Origin: a virus
Taxonomy: Duplodnaviria; Caudoviricetes
IMG/VR virus record: IMGVR_UViG_3300011420_000010
Location: 1-51,578 of that record
Reading direction: 5' to 3' (one strand)
DNA: 51,578 nt
Part shown: one piece after another, positions 1 through 9,023 of the stretch
Position numbering within the stretch: position 1 is the first letter of the stretch
Layout: each line of letters opens with the position of its first letter
Position numbers and translations under genes: made by a program
The notes under the pieces: model-generated
Databases searched by the model: none
Seen by the model: only the letters and a program-made list of their open reading frames with translations
What the model was told of the DNA's origin: nothing

Positions 1-156
1 GATCGGATCCTGAATGTTTCCTTGAACCGTCTGGTTGTAATGGAAGGGGCTGAAGAGGCAGATGTTCGTCCGCGACTGGCATAGACCGCAGATGCGGTTG
101 ACGACAGCCAGCTCCCGCTCATTGAAGAACGGAGCGGCAAGGTACAGATCACGCAT
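1..156 (-). CDS. Nucleoside 2-deoxyribosyltransferase (NDT)-family protein, N-terminal part; runs off the window start
   Basis: Manual translation from ATG at 156 (SD CCAGGAG upstream): MRDLYLAAPFFNERELAVVNRICGLCQSRTNICLFSPFHYNQTVQGNIQDPI. YLAAPFF and FSP are the typical NDT N-terminal motifs. Confidence 0.8.
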   Translation of the reverse strand, partial: MRDLYLAAPFFNERELAVVNRICGLCQSRTNICLFSPFHYNQTVQGNIQDPI

Positions 157-180
157 GGTGATTCTCCTGGAAAGTGAAAG

Positions 181-236
181 ACCGCGGGCCGGTCTTCGTC
201 GGGTCGTTTCAATCCGGCGTCGAGCCGGCCCGCGGT
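181..236 (-). terminator. Long GC-rich hairpin, possible terminator or processing site
   Basis: Perfect 12-bp inverted repeat ACCGCGGGCCGG (181-192) / CCGGCCCGCGGT (225-236), followed on the minus strand by CTTTCACTTTCC. Confidence 0.5.
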
Positions 237-254
237 GAAACTAACGTAACGAAA

Positions 255-1361
255 CTAGTCGAGGACTTCGACGTCTTCGACGGGCACCTTCTTCACCTTG
301 CCCTTGAGGCTGCCCTTCGAGGTGACCTTCACCTTGCAGGACTCCTCCTTGTCGTTGGTGGAGACGATCGTGCCGGAGTAGGGCTTGTCGTCGATAGTCA
401 CTTCGACCTTCGTCCCCTTCTCCAGCTTGGCGAACTCCTCCTCGTCGTCGTCCTCGTCGCCACCGTCCTCGTCGGCCGCCAGCTCCAGCAGCTTGAGCTT
501 GACCGGCGCGTCGAGCTTCTTCCCCTTGCTGTCCTTCAGGATCGCGGTCTTCTTCTTCTCGTCGACCTTGACGACCGTGAACTCCAGCTGCTTCTTCCCC
601 TTCGGAGGCTTGTAGAGGACGGTCACTCCCTTGGAGATCTCCGCCTCCTCTTCCTCCTCTTCATCATCGTCCGAATCCTCGTCCTCGTCGTCGTCCTCTT
701 CCTCCTCCTCGTCGTCCTCGTCTTCGTCGTCCTTGCCCTTCTTGCTCTTCTTCCCTCCCTTCTTGCCGCGCTTGGGCTTCTCGTCTTCATCGTCGTCGTC
801 CTCGTCTTCGGAGTCTTCGTCCTCGTCATCGTCCGAGTCCTCGTCCTCCTCGGCATCGTCGTCGTCATCGTCGTCGTCGCCACCGCCACCGGCCTCGACG
901 AGTTCGTTGACCCAGACGTTCTGCCACTGGCCGTCGTCGGAGATGTTGACGGTCACCGCCGCGGTCGGCTGGTTGGTGGTCAGCTCCTTGAGCACCTGCT
1001 CCAGGTCGTCCGCCAGATCCAGCTCGTCGACCTCGACCTCCGGGAGCAGCGTCGCCAGGTCCTTCTTCAGGAAGCCCTGGTTCTTGTCGGACTCCAGCCC
1101 GGTGTGCACCGTGATCTGCGGTGCCTTCTTGAACTTCTTTCCGGACTCCGTCCCCTTCTTCCCCTTCAGCTCGGGGAACTCCCAGGTCCAGGCCACCATG
1201 AGCCCGCCCTTGCCGCGCTCGGTGAGCTCCGCCTTCCGCAGGATCGCCTCCTCGAAACGACCTTCGATGTCGCGGTTCACGTTCGAACCCGCGGTTGCGG
1301 CCTCGACCTTCTTCCAGTTCTTGCCCATCTTCTTCAACTTGTTGCGAAAGTTCTTCGCCAT
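255..1361 (-). CDS. SSB-like protein with long acidic linkers and two C-terminal SH3/KOW-like domains
   Basis: Lies directly after the Sak4-like ATPase, the usual SSB position. It has a beta-rich N-terminal domain, D/E tracts and two ~55-aa beta modules (ISKGVTVLY..., LEKGTKVEV...). An alternative in-frame start at 1496 also has an SD. Confidence 0.55.
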   Translation of the reverse strand: MAKNFRNKLKKMGKNWKKVEAATAGSNVNRDIEGRFEEAILRKAELTERGKGGLMVAWTWEFPELKGKKGTESGKKFKKAPQITVHTGLESDKNQGFLKKDLATLLPEVEVDELDLADDLEQVLKELTTNQPTAAVTVNISDDGQWQNVWVNELVEAGGGGDDDDDDDDAEEDEDSDDDEDEDSEDEDDDDEDEKPKRGKKGGKKSKKGKDDEDEDDEEEEEDDDEDEDSDDDEEEEEEAEISKGVTVLYKPPKGKKQLEFTVVKVDEKKKTAILKDSKGKKLDAPVKLKLLELAADEDGGDEDDDEEEFAKLEKGTKVEVTIDDKPYSGTIVSTNDKEESCKVKVTSKGSLKGKVKKVPVEDVEVLD

Positions 1362-1508
1362 GAAACAGTACCTTCCTAATGGAACCGGCCCGTTTGAAAA
1401 CATGTCATGAGCGGCTGGGCCGAGCTGCCGCCGATGAACTCCTTTGGGATACTCGTCGACCCAGATACCGAGGTTGGGACGACGACGCGCACGCATTCCG
1501 AATCTCCT

Positions 1509-1718
1509 TTACGTTCGGGAACGGTTGAACGGGTGCCGCTTCGACGCGAACTGCTCGATCTCCTCCTGGAGAGCATTGGCCGTTTCGAGCGGCAGCTGCA
1601 ACGCCGGGAGAATTGCACGCAAGCAGATCGTGTTGACCGAGACGTCGGTCGACTCACTCTTAGCCGCCAGCGCCGCGTGGACGTTGTCCGGCATCCGCAC
1701 TGTGATGACCCTCATCAC
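1509..1718 (-). CDS. Ribbon-helix-helix (HicB/Arc-like) DNA-binding protein
   Basis: ITVRMPDNVHAALAAK...VSVNTI matches the RHH pattern; the start overlaps the upstream stop. Confidence 0.65.
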   Translation of the reverse strand: MMRVITVRMPDNVHAALAAKSESTDVSVNTICLRAILPALQLPLETANALQEEIEQFASKRHPFNRSRT

Positions 1719-2578
1719 TTCCTCCTTCCTTTCTTCGGGATCTTCCGCGGCTTCGGCGCGACGAGCTCGTTGCGGAAAGCCGCCATGATGTTTGCCACCG
1801 CCTCCTCTTCATCTGCTCCCATCGGAATCTTCTTGATCCGCTTCCCGTTGGTGTAGCGGAACTGCCGGGTCGGGCGGCACTTCGCTGTGGCGAAGGCGTC
1901 CGGCCGGATCTGCATGACGTTGCCGTCGCCTTCCTCATGGATGTAGCCGATGAGGTCGACCTGCGCCTGAAGCCGCTCGAAGAGTTTGTCCTTGAGGGCC
2001 GGGCGGAGTTCGTCGTACTCGATACCCTTCATCGGCTTGAAGGTCTTCTCGGAGACGTGTGAAAGGAAGATCGTCCCCTTGCCCTGGAGATCGATGGCCC
2101 GGAGCATCTGCCGCATGTACTCCGTGTAGATCTCATTCCAGGACTTGCCGTAGTCCTCGACGTCCGACGGGTCGTCGATGTGCAGGACCTCGTCGCACAT
2201 GAAATCGAAGCACAGGTCGTACGCACCTTCGGGCGTATCGATGACCGTGAACTTGAACCGGTCGTCCTTCTCCAGCTGGTCGAGGTACGCGACCCACTCC
2301 AGCCAATGGTGGACGCGGCGCTGGTGCTTCTCCAGTGCCTTTCCTCCCCGCTCCTTGAACGAGAAGAGGTGGGCGTCCGGGAACTCCATGGCGGTGGTGG
2401 TCTTACCCATGCCGGGTCGGCTGTACCACCACTGCACGTAGTTCTCGATCCGCCGCGCAGCCTTCGACACCTTCGTTGACAGCTTGACGTCGGGAAGATC
2501 AAGCTGCTTCGTCACAGACGATCGCCGATTAGGCTTCGCCTTGAACGGTTTCTTACCGACGCGCTTTGCGATTGCCAT
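1715..2578 (-). CDS. AAA_24 / Sak4-like ATPase (ssDNA annealing)
   Basis: Walker A SRPGMGKTT, Walker B TVIDT and FLSH motif; lies between the nuclease and SSB-like genes. Confidence 0.8.
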   Translation of the reverse strand: MAIAKRVGKKPFKAKPNRRSSVTKQLDLPDVKLSTKVSKAARRIENYVQWWYSRPGMGKTTTAMEFPDAHLFSFKERGGKALEKHQRRVHHWLEWVAYLDQLEKDDRFKFTVIDTPEGAYDLCFDFMCDEVLHIDDPSDVEDYGKSWNEIYTEYMRQMLRAIDLQGKGTIFLSHVSEKTFKPMKGIEYDELRPALKDKLFERLQAQVDLIGYIHEEGDGNVMQIRPDAFATAKCRPTRQFRYTNGKRIKKIPMGADEEEAVANIMAAFRNELVAPKPRKIPKKGRRK

Positions 2579-2777
2579 CCTTGGCCTCCTTTACGTACTC
2601 TTCCTTGATCGCGATCAGCAAATCCGTCCCGTGCTTGAGCAGGACAGTCAACGCTTCGAAGCATTCGAACTTCGCTTCGTCGAGTTCCCGGTGCCGGATC
2701 CGGCCGAGGTGCTTCTCAGCTTCAATGTCCTCTTCCGAAGGAACCTCGACCCCATAGCCTTCTTCGTCGGTCTTCAT
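2553..2777 (-). CDS. Hypothetical protein (74 aa)
   Basis: ATGA-coupled to the upstream gene, with SD GGAGG. Confidence 0.6.
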   Translation of the reverse strand: MKTDEEGYGVEVPSEEDIEAEKHLGRIRHRELDEAKFECFEALTVLLKHGTDLLIAIKEEYVKEAKDGNRKARR

Positions 2778-3868
2778 CGCTCCACCTCCTTCTTCTTGAG
2801 CGGCTTGCGGTAAACGTCGCTGAAGTTGCCGCTCGTGATCGGACCGAACATGTCGGACCGACCGTACTTCCCGACGAGTGCGTTGGGGTTGGCGTAGTGC
2901 GGGCCGCCGTGAACCCAGTTCCAGATGTCAAGCAGAAGCGGCTGGAAGAACTTCTCCTCCCACTGCTCCAGCATCTCCGTCTTGAACTTCATCTTCCAGC
3001 GTTTGAAGTAATGGTCCTCGTCCTTGGCGATCGTCTCCGTCAACCGCTCCGTGAACGTCGGCAGGTCCTCGCCGCTCTTCTTCGAGGGCGTCGACTGCGG
3101 GTTGCGGATGACGTTGTAGAGGACGCCCTTCGGCCAAGCGCCAAACTCCAGCCGCATGCAGAGGGCGTACATCATGACCTGAAGGTCGAGGTGCATGCAG
3201 TCCTCGATCTCGAACTCATCGATGCGGCTCTTCGTCTTCGTCTCGAAGAGCCAGTATCGCTTCAGCCCCTTCGTTGGCTTAACGGACTTGCCGCTGTCTT
3301 CAAGGAAGACGCCGTCGAAGATGCCGTGGAGCGGGATCGGGAAGTTCAGTGGCCAGTGATCGTACTCGACGTCGAACGCATACTCGACGTCGACCCACTT
3401 GCGGGCCGTGTCTTCCTTGCCGTACTTCCGTTGATACGTCGGCCAGAGGGCCGCGGTCTTGGCGATGGAGAGATGAAGGTCCTCGACACGGCGGACCGAC
3501 GCCTGCGGGTTCTCCTCCTTGAAGACGCCGTCGTAGAAGTGGAGGACCTTCTCGATCCGCTTCTCCTTGCCGCGGTTCTGGTACTGCCTGCCCAGGAGCC
3601 AGTGCCAGAGTTCGCCGAAGTCGAGAGCGGCCGACGTCCGTGTCGACCGCCAGCCTTCCGCATACCGCAGGCGGAACTGCTCGCGACATTCCAGCCAGCG
3701 GCCGATGCTGCTGACCGAGAGGCCGTCGCGGCGCAACTGCCATCGCTGCGACTCCCGCTCCTGGGAGTGAATGCGCTTCGGCAGGTCACGCGCTTTTCCG
3801 CTGCTTCCCTTTTCCCTTGCCTCGCGGAGTCTTTGCATGAAGCTGCGCGTCCGTGCTTTGACGGCCAT
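2774..3868 (-). CDS. PD-(D/E)XK exonuclease (RecB/AddB/Cas4-like)
   Basis: Motifs LSVSSIGRWLECREQF, VEYAF, GIFDGV, ETKT and QVMMY. Start reassigned to MAVKAR. Confidence 0.85.
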   Translation of the reverse strand: MAVKARTRSFMQRLREAREKGSSGKARDLPKRIHSQERESQRWQLRRDGLSVSSIGRWLECREQFRLRYAEGWRSTRTSAALDFGELWHWLLGRQYQNRGKEKRIEKVLHFYDGVFKEENPQASVRRVEDLHLSIAKTAALWPTYQRKYGKEDTARKWVDVEYAFDVEYDHWPLNFPIPLHGIFDGVFLEDSGKSVKPTKGLKRYWLFETKTKSRIDEFEIEDCMHLDLQVMMYALCMRLEFGAWPKGVLYNVIRNPQSTPSKKSGEDLPTFTERLTETIAKDEDHYFKRWKMKFKTEMLEQWEEKFFQPLLLDIWNWVHGGPHYANPNALVGKYGRSDMFGPITSGNFSDVYRKPLKKKEVER

Positions 3869-4280
3869 GATATTCCCTTCTTTCAGCGTCCACGAAATCC
3901 AGAGCCGACGCCCGCGGCTGGCCCTTGTGATACTTGTAAACGATGACGACCGCTCCGGCCGCCTTCCAGAATCCGATGGCCTCTTCGACGTGTGCGCCGT
4001 CGATGAAGCCATGCCCGAGCCGATGTCGACGCCCGCCCTTCATGATGGCCAGCTCGTAGCTAATGCCGCTGAGGTTCGGCCGGTAGTCGGTGCACGTCAG
4101 GCGGAACCGCTGGCGAGTTCCCTTGCACCTCTTCCTTCGCCAGCCGTGCCGTGCCCAGTACCGCCGATCCATGTCCTTGACGTTCTCGTCCTTCGTCATG
4201 TCGACGACGGTGACGAGCTGCTCGACGGTCACGAGAGCAGCCCGCTTGACGGAGCCGGCGACTTTACGCTTCGCCTTCAT
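3786..4280 (-). CDS. Hypothetical basic protein
   Basis: ATGA-coupled start; the 3' end overlaps the next gene by ~80 bp. Confidence 0.55.
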   Translation of the reverse strand: MKAKRKVAGSVKRAALVTVEQLVTVVDMTKDENVKDMDRRYWARHGWRRKRCKGTRQRFRLTCTDYRPNLSGISYELAIMKGGRRHRLGHGFIDGAHVEEAIGFWKAAGAVVIVYKYHKGQPRASALDFVDAERREYHGRQSTDAQLHAKTPRGKGKGKQRKSA

Positions 4281-4471
4281 ACCGGCCTCCAGTCCGCCAG
4301 CGCCGCTTGCACGGTCCAGCCGTTCTGCCAGCAGGACTCGAAGTACTTCAGGTCGGCGGGCCGGAGCCGAGCCGCCCGCCGCTGCTCGTGGGCCTTGAGG
4401 TTCAGCCGGTCAACCCAGTCCCGCCAGGTCGGCCAGTCCATGTTCGTCTTCGTTGCGTTGAGTATGCTCAC
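4277..4471 (-). CDS. Hypothetical protein (64 aa, Trp-rich)
   Basis: GTGA-coupled start with SD GGAGG. Confidence 0.6.
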   Translation of the reverse strand: MSILNATKTNMDWPTWRDWVDRLNLKAHEQRRAARLRPADLKYFESCWQNGWTVQAALADWRPV

Positions 4472-4992
4472 GAGGCACCTCCTTGCAACAGGTCATGGCC
4501 GTTGATCCGCGGGAACGGCAACGTCTCCTCCGGGCCGGTCGAAGACTCCTCTTCCTGGTCGAAGTCGAGAACCTCCGTTGTCTCCTCGTCAGCCAGACGT
4601 TTGCGGACCTGCTCGTAGACTTTCGGCTCAAGGTTGTCTGCCATCCAACCAAGCGTCGCATAGAGCCAGTCCTCAACGGCCTCGACACGGAGCCGTAGCG
4701 ACGGCTGGTTGTGCCTCTGCGTTGCGAGTTTCCGATCGACCTCCTGCTTCCAATCTTCATCATCTCCGTCGCATTCCGGTTGCCCGTAGTTGAGAAACGC
4801 TTTCCAAGACATGCCGAGACTTTGACAACCGTTGTAGACGTGCGACGGGTTGACATCAAAGCCGAGAACTCGACTGCAGCGACGAGCGGACTCTTGCTGA
4901 GTCCACCGATTCGCCGCGATCGTCCCGCGGTGCTCAAGCAGCCAGCCGCGAACGAGACGACGCTCTTGAGGAGTAAGTACGAGACTCGCCAT
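4468..4992 (-). CDS. Hypothetical protein, possible HTH-like N-terminus
   Basis: SD AAGGAGG before ATG; fits the operon tiling. Confidence 0.6.
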   Translation of the reverse strand: MASLVLTPQERRLVRGWLLEHRGTIAANRWTQQESARRCSRVLGFDVNPSHVYNGCQSLGMSWKAFLNYGQPECDGDDEDWKQEVDRKLATQRHNQPSLRLRVEAVEDWLYATLGWMADNLEPKVYEQVRKRLADEETTEVLDFDQEEESSTGPEETLPFPRINGHDLLQGGAS

Positions 4993-5004
4993 CCGACACC
5001 TCCT

Positions 5005-5520
5005 TCATTTGAAAGAGAAACCCTGCGCCCATAGTCCGATGCCACAAGCATCCCAATCGTGAAGCCTCTTCGCGGAGAGGACCTCGAAAGCACGCTGCCC
5101 CAACGTCTCAATGATGCGACGCTGCATCATCTCCTTATCCATCTGCCCCTTCCACTGGTCGGCCGGTGCCGCCTCGAACGGGATCTTTCCGTGCAGCAGG
5201 GCGAGGCTCCCGACGACGCCCGCCGAGAAGGCGAGGTCGGTGAGGTCGCCGCGCACTGCAACTGCCCGGCCCGTCGCACCGTGAAACATGACCGGCGTTT
5301 CACAGACGACCCGCACCAGCTTCGCTCCGCCGGTGCCAACCTCCGCGGCCCGCTCCATGATCTGCCGGATGCACTCGTAGCGGTCGTTCTCGCCGCGGTT
5401 GGAGAAGTAGACCTCAGCCATGACGGGCGGCTTCAACTCGCGGCACCAGTGCTTGGCGTCCCACCAGCAGAAGCCCATCGCCTTCACTCCAGGATCAACG
5501 GTCAACACGTAGCTCTTCAT
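5005..5520 (-). CDS. ruvC: RuvC-like Holliday junction resolvase
   Basis: Motifs LTVDPG, VCETP, QWKG and HDWDACGIG give the RNase H-fold acidic residues. ATGA-coupled start at 5520. Confidence 0.8.
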   Translation of the reverse strand: MKSYVLTVDPGVKAMGFCWWDAKHWCRELKPPVMAEVYFSNRGENDRYECIRQIMERAAEVGTGGAKLVRVVCETPVMFHGATGRAVAVRGDLTDLAFSAGVVGSLALLHGKIPFEAAPADQWKGQMDKEMMQRRIIETLGQRAFEVLSAKRLHDWDACGIGLWAQGFSFK

Positions 5521-6854
5521 CTCGCTACCTCCTTCATCAGTTGCTGGATACGCTGCATCAATGCCCGAGCCGATCGCCGCTTCTCGTTCAGTGCCTGCAG
5601 CAGCGCCTCGTCGACGGTACCGCGGGCCACCAGATCCAGGACGAGGCTCGTCCGCTTCTTCATCGGATGCAGGATGCGGGCCGCTGCCTGCGACCGTGTC
5701 TCCCAGTCCGGATAGTTGTCGAAGAAGATGGCGACGTCCGCCTCGCTGAGATTGAGGCCGTAGCGGGCGCACCTCTCCTGGAGGAGAAGGCCGCGGCATC
5801 GACCTGCGCGCAGCCGTCGAACGCATTCATGTCGCCAGCGAAGTCGGGAGAGGCCGGTGAAGCAGTGGAGCTTGACTCCAGCTCGGCGAAGACGATCCGC
5901 CGCGAGTGCCACCTCGCGATTGAATCGGAAGAAGACGACGAACTTCTCGTTCTTGAGTTCGCCAGTCAGCAGCCGCACCAGCTCATCGAACTTGTGCGGC
6001 GAGAAGAACAGTTGATCGGATTGGAACTGCCGCGGGATGAGTCCGCTGGCGATCTGCTGGAGCCAGGAGTGGACGACCGGCGTCCACTTGGTCTCCGCCT
6101 CGCCGATGGCCCAGTCGCGGATGGCCCGGTTGTAGAGGCCTCGCACCGCGGCGGGCAGTTCGATGACGCGGCGCTGCCGCACGCACGGCATGAAGATGCC
6201 GGCTTCATCGGGCGTCATCGCGAAGCAGTGCTTGGCGAGTTCGCGGTCGAAGCGTTCCTTCGACTCGCGGCGCAGTCGCCACTCGAACCCGGCTTGGTAG
6301 GCGTGGCGGTGCCGCCACTTCCAGAAGGTGTCGCACCCCATGAAGCTTCCGTTGAGGAACAGCATCTGCGGAACAACTTCGAGGTCCGACTCCGGCCGCG
6401 GCTCCCCGGTTAGAATCGCCTTGTCCTTGACGTCCTTGAAGGCGGTGCAGCAAAGCTTCGTGATCTTCGCTGTAGGGTTCTTGATGAAGGTGGACTCGTC
6501 GAGTGCGACGACAGTCCACGGCTGATAGGCCAGCGGCCGACATGAACGCAGGCCTTCCGGGTTGAGGAGACACCAGCTGTTGGAGGGAGCGGAGTCCAGC
6601 AACTCCAGCTTTCGCTTGCTGCTCCCGACTAGAAGGACAGATGGCAGGCCTTCAGCCGCTAGCTCCTCGACCCAACCCGGAAGGACACTGAGCGGTGCGA
6701 CGACAAGCTTGCGGCCGTCGGCCGCGCGTCGCTGCGCCCATCGTATCAGGCAGAAGGACTTGCCGAGCCGCATCCGCAGCAGCAGTCCTATTGAATCTCG
6801 TTCTTGCGACCATCGCAATACCCGCCGCTGATGCGGCAGAGGTCTCCGTGCCAT
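5517..6854 (-). CDS. SNF2-family (SF2) helicase
   Basis: PLPHQ, MRLGKS (Walker A variant), VVAPLS, LDEST, LTGEP, GLNLSEA and SQAAARI. Confidence 0.85.
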   Translation of the reverse strand: MARRPLPHQRRVLRWSQERDSIGLLLRMRLGKSFCLIRWAQRRAADGRKLVVAPLSVLPGWVEELAAEGLPSVLLVGSSKRKLELLDSAPSNSWCLLNPEGLRSCRPLAYQPWTVVALDESTFIKNPTAKITKLCCTAFKDVKDKAILTGEPRPESDLEVVPQMLFLNGSFMGCDTFWKWRHRHAYQAGFEWRLRRESKERFDRELAKHCFAMTPDEAGIFMPCVRQRRVIELPAAVRGLYNRAIRDWAIGEAETKWTPVVHSWLQQIASGLIPRQFQSDQLFFSPHKFDELVRLLTGELKNEKFVVFFRFNREVALAADRLRRAGVKLHCFTGLSRLRWRHECVRRLRAGRCRGLLLQERCARYGLNLSEADVAIFFDNYPDWETRSQAAARILHPMKKRTSLVLDLVARGTVDEALLQALNEKRRSARALMQRIQQLMKEVAR

Positions 6855-7154
6855 CGTCCGCTCCCTTCGTGGGAGGTGTCGTTCCATCGCGGCCCGGTGC
6901 GACCATCACACCCGGCCGGGCCGCGGCGGCTGCTGGGCCGTGCGGCTCGAAGGCCCCAACTTGACAGCCGGACGTCTTTCTGAACTCCCCCCAATCGGGG
7001 GGACCGGCCGGAATTCGGCCTGGAGGAAGGGGGAGGGGAACCCCTTAAGGGCTGCACGGAGTGGCCGGTAGCCGGGCCGCCGCGGGCCAGCGACCCGGTT
7101 GCCGCTCGGCCCGCCCGCCGCTCGGCTGGCTGGACTACGTGCGAGGTACCAACG

Positions 7155-7189
7155 AAAAGGCCCCCCGCTCCCAACGAGGGAACGGGGGG
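7155..7189 (-). terminator. Intrinsic terminator ending the early region
   Basis: Minus-strand RNA CCCCCCGUUCCC-UCGUU-GGGAGCGGGGGG then CCUUUU. The single stem irregularity is a G-U wobble only on the minus strand. Confidence 0.7.
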
Positions 7190-7238
7190 ATCCTTTGCGG
7201 CCCGGCCGGATGGCAAGTACGACCGAGCCTGCACAACC

Positions 7239-7577
7239 CTATCGGCCCGGCCGCGGCAGCCAGCCGGAGCTGGGCAAGCCGCGGGCCGTCGCCCGGCAAA
7301 CACGACCGCCATCCCGAAGGTAGCGGTGGAACTGGACTCCGCCGCGGGCACGGTTCACCCGGCCTCGCACGCGCCGCACGTCGCGGATCGCATGCGAGGC
7401 CCGCTTGGGGAACCACGCCTTCATGCGGACGACCAGCTCCTCGTCCGTCAAGATGTCGCCATAGCGGCCCGCCGACCATGCGGCCTCGTTCCGCTCGAAG
7501 AGCAACATCCAGCATTCCATCACGCCATGTCCGCTCGACTCCGAGCGGTCAACGATCTGGCCCTTCATGTTGGCCAT
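7239..7577 (-). CDS. Hypothetical early protein
   Basis: SD GAGGAG before ATG. Confidence 0.6.
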   Translation of the reverse strand: MANMKGQIVDRSESSGHGVMECWMLLFERNEAAWSAGRYGDILTDEELVVRMKAWFPKRASHAIRDVRRVRGRVNRARGGVQFHRYLRDGGRVCRATARGLPSSGWLPRPGR

Positions 7578-7618
7578 TGCGACTCCTCATCGTGGGGGTC
7601 GCCCGCCTTCCTGGCGAA

Positions 7619-7816
7619 CTACACGGTCAAAGTCGCTTTCGTTTTTGACGCATGACGCTCCGCCGCGTCGTTCATCAAATCCGTAAGCGCACCGCGGTCG
7701 GCAACACTTCGGCCGAGCCGCTTGAACATTCGCTTCAACACACCTTCAGGAATGTCGAGGGACTCCGCGAGTTCCTTCCGTAATTCCTGCCGCTCCTTCT
7801 TCGTCATCGCCATCAT
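7619..7816 (-). CDS. Hypothetical early protein (65 aa)
   Basis: SD GGAGG; helical, charged sequence. Confidence 0.6.
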   Translation of the reverse strand: MMAMTKKERQELRKELAESLDIPEGVLKRMFKRLGRSVADRGALTDLMNDAAERHASKTKATLTV

Positions 7817-7916
7817 CCACCTCCAGTGCTGGGAAAAGGAAACACCGGGACCGCGGCCCGGCCGGTTGCAAGGAGCGTCCCATGAACACTCGCCGACCGA
7901 GCCGCGGGGAACGGTG

Positions 7917-8306
7917 CTACCCTCCCGTGAAGGCTTCGGCCTCCTCTCGCATCAAGCCGATCCCAGCCAGATCCACGGCCGGGTCGTCGAGCTTCGCGTA
8001 TGCGTCGAGCGCACTCAACGCTGCCTGCGCCGAGCCGGCGACCGCGATCAACTGGCCCGCGGCCTTCATCATCTCGACCACGCGATCACTGCGGTGCAGG
8101 AGTTCACGGACCGACGGAGCCTTCTTCAGCTTCGGCTCCACCGTCGAGGTCGGGCGGTTGTCTGCAGGGAACTGCCCATTGTTGATGCGTCGTTCACGCA
8201 CCACCTGCACTGCCTTCTTCCAGGGCAACCCGCTGGAGGCTGCCTCCGCTCGAACCTCCGCATTGAACTCCTTCAACGCGGTACCACGCTTCTTTGGTCT
8301 TGCCAT
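7917..8306 (-). CDS. Hypothetical early protein
   Basis: Start reassigned to MARPKK after SD TAGGAG. Confidence 0.6.
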   Translation of the reverse strand: MARPKKRGTALKEFNAEVRAEAASSGLPWKKAVQVVRERRINNGQFPADNRPTSTVEPKLKKAPSVRELLHRSDRVVEMMKAAGQLIAVAGSAQAALSALDAYAKLDDPAVDLAGIGLMREEAEAFTGG

Positions 8307-8431
8307 CACAATTCTCCTATCTTGGGAGACAAAGGAAACAAAGCGGCGGAACGCCCGCCGCTCAACGACGTCGGCCGACACGGCCGATTCGCATCACGAG
8401 CCGAACAACGGTCAACGCGATGCCCAACAGA

Positions 8432-8620
8432 TCACTGAGCAGTTTCACTGGGCGGCTTCTCCTGGGTAGGTAGGTTGTTGATTCGACCACACGCCGCACA
8501 CTTGACCTGCATCCGGCCGACGACGCCCGTCAGGGCGGCATCGCAGCCTCCGCAGAAATAAACGACACGCACCTCGCTGCCAACCCGGCAGTCAACTGAC
8601 TTTGCTTCGACGCCGCTCAT
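8432..8620 (-). CDS. Small zinc-ribbon protein
   Basis: Cysteine pairs CGGC and CAAC; SD TAGGAG. Confidence 0.6.
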   Translation of the reverse strand: MSGVEAKSVDCRVGSEVRVVYFCGGCDAALTGVVGRMQVKCAACGRINNLPTQEKPPSETAQ

Positions 8621-9014
8621 GGCGACACGCTCCTAACGACATCAACGCCTGGTGGACCTGGTCCGCCACGTCCGCAGGGTCGTATCCGTCATCGTGAATG
8701 GTCTTGAGTTCGAGATGCGTCAACTCCTTGACGATCTCCCGCAGCCGAGTCTCCTTCTGCCAGACGAACTGCGAGACTTGGGAGTACAGTGAACCGCGGA
8801 GCTGCGACATATCGTGGCAGACGAGGTTGCCGTTCTTCCGTCGCAGGAAGTAAAAGAACCCGTCGCCGGAGTCGAGGATCGTTCCGGCGTTGAGTGCGTC
8901 GCAGAGGCCGTTGAACACAACCTTGACGTCGGCCGCGGTGAGGTCGTAGTCTCCGCCCGCTTTGAAGATCTCCTTCGCGAGATCCTCCGCTTGCTTGTCC
9001 GTGATGGCTATCAT
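8592..9014 (-). CDS. Hypothetical early protein
   Basis: SD GGAGG; fits the operon tiling. Confidence 0.6.
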   Translation of the reverse strand: MIAITDKQAEDLAKEIFKAGGDYDLTAADVKVVFNGLCDALNAGTILDSGDGFFYFLRRKNGNLVCHDMSQLRGSLYSQVSQFVWQKETRLREIVKELTHLELKTIHDDGYDPADVADQVHQALMSLGACRHERRRSKVS

Positions 9015-9023
9015 GGCCACCTC

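Noticed and set aside
640-880. TCG/TCC/TCT triplet repeats, also at 40600-40705
   Set aside because: They encode Asp/Glu tracts and are not a CRISPR array or regulatory microsatellite.
1509-1718. HicAB toxin-antitoxin pair
   Set aside because: Only a lone RHH domain is present, with no adjacent toxin.
2774-3868. Cas4 implying a CRISPR system
   Set aside because: There is no array or other cas gene, the Cas4 C-terminal Cys cluster is absent, and the context is a Sak4/SSB recombination module.
6961-6990. Perfect TTGACA on the plus strand
   Set aside because: No plausible -10 box lies at 16-18 bp and no plus-strand gene follows.
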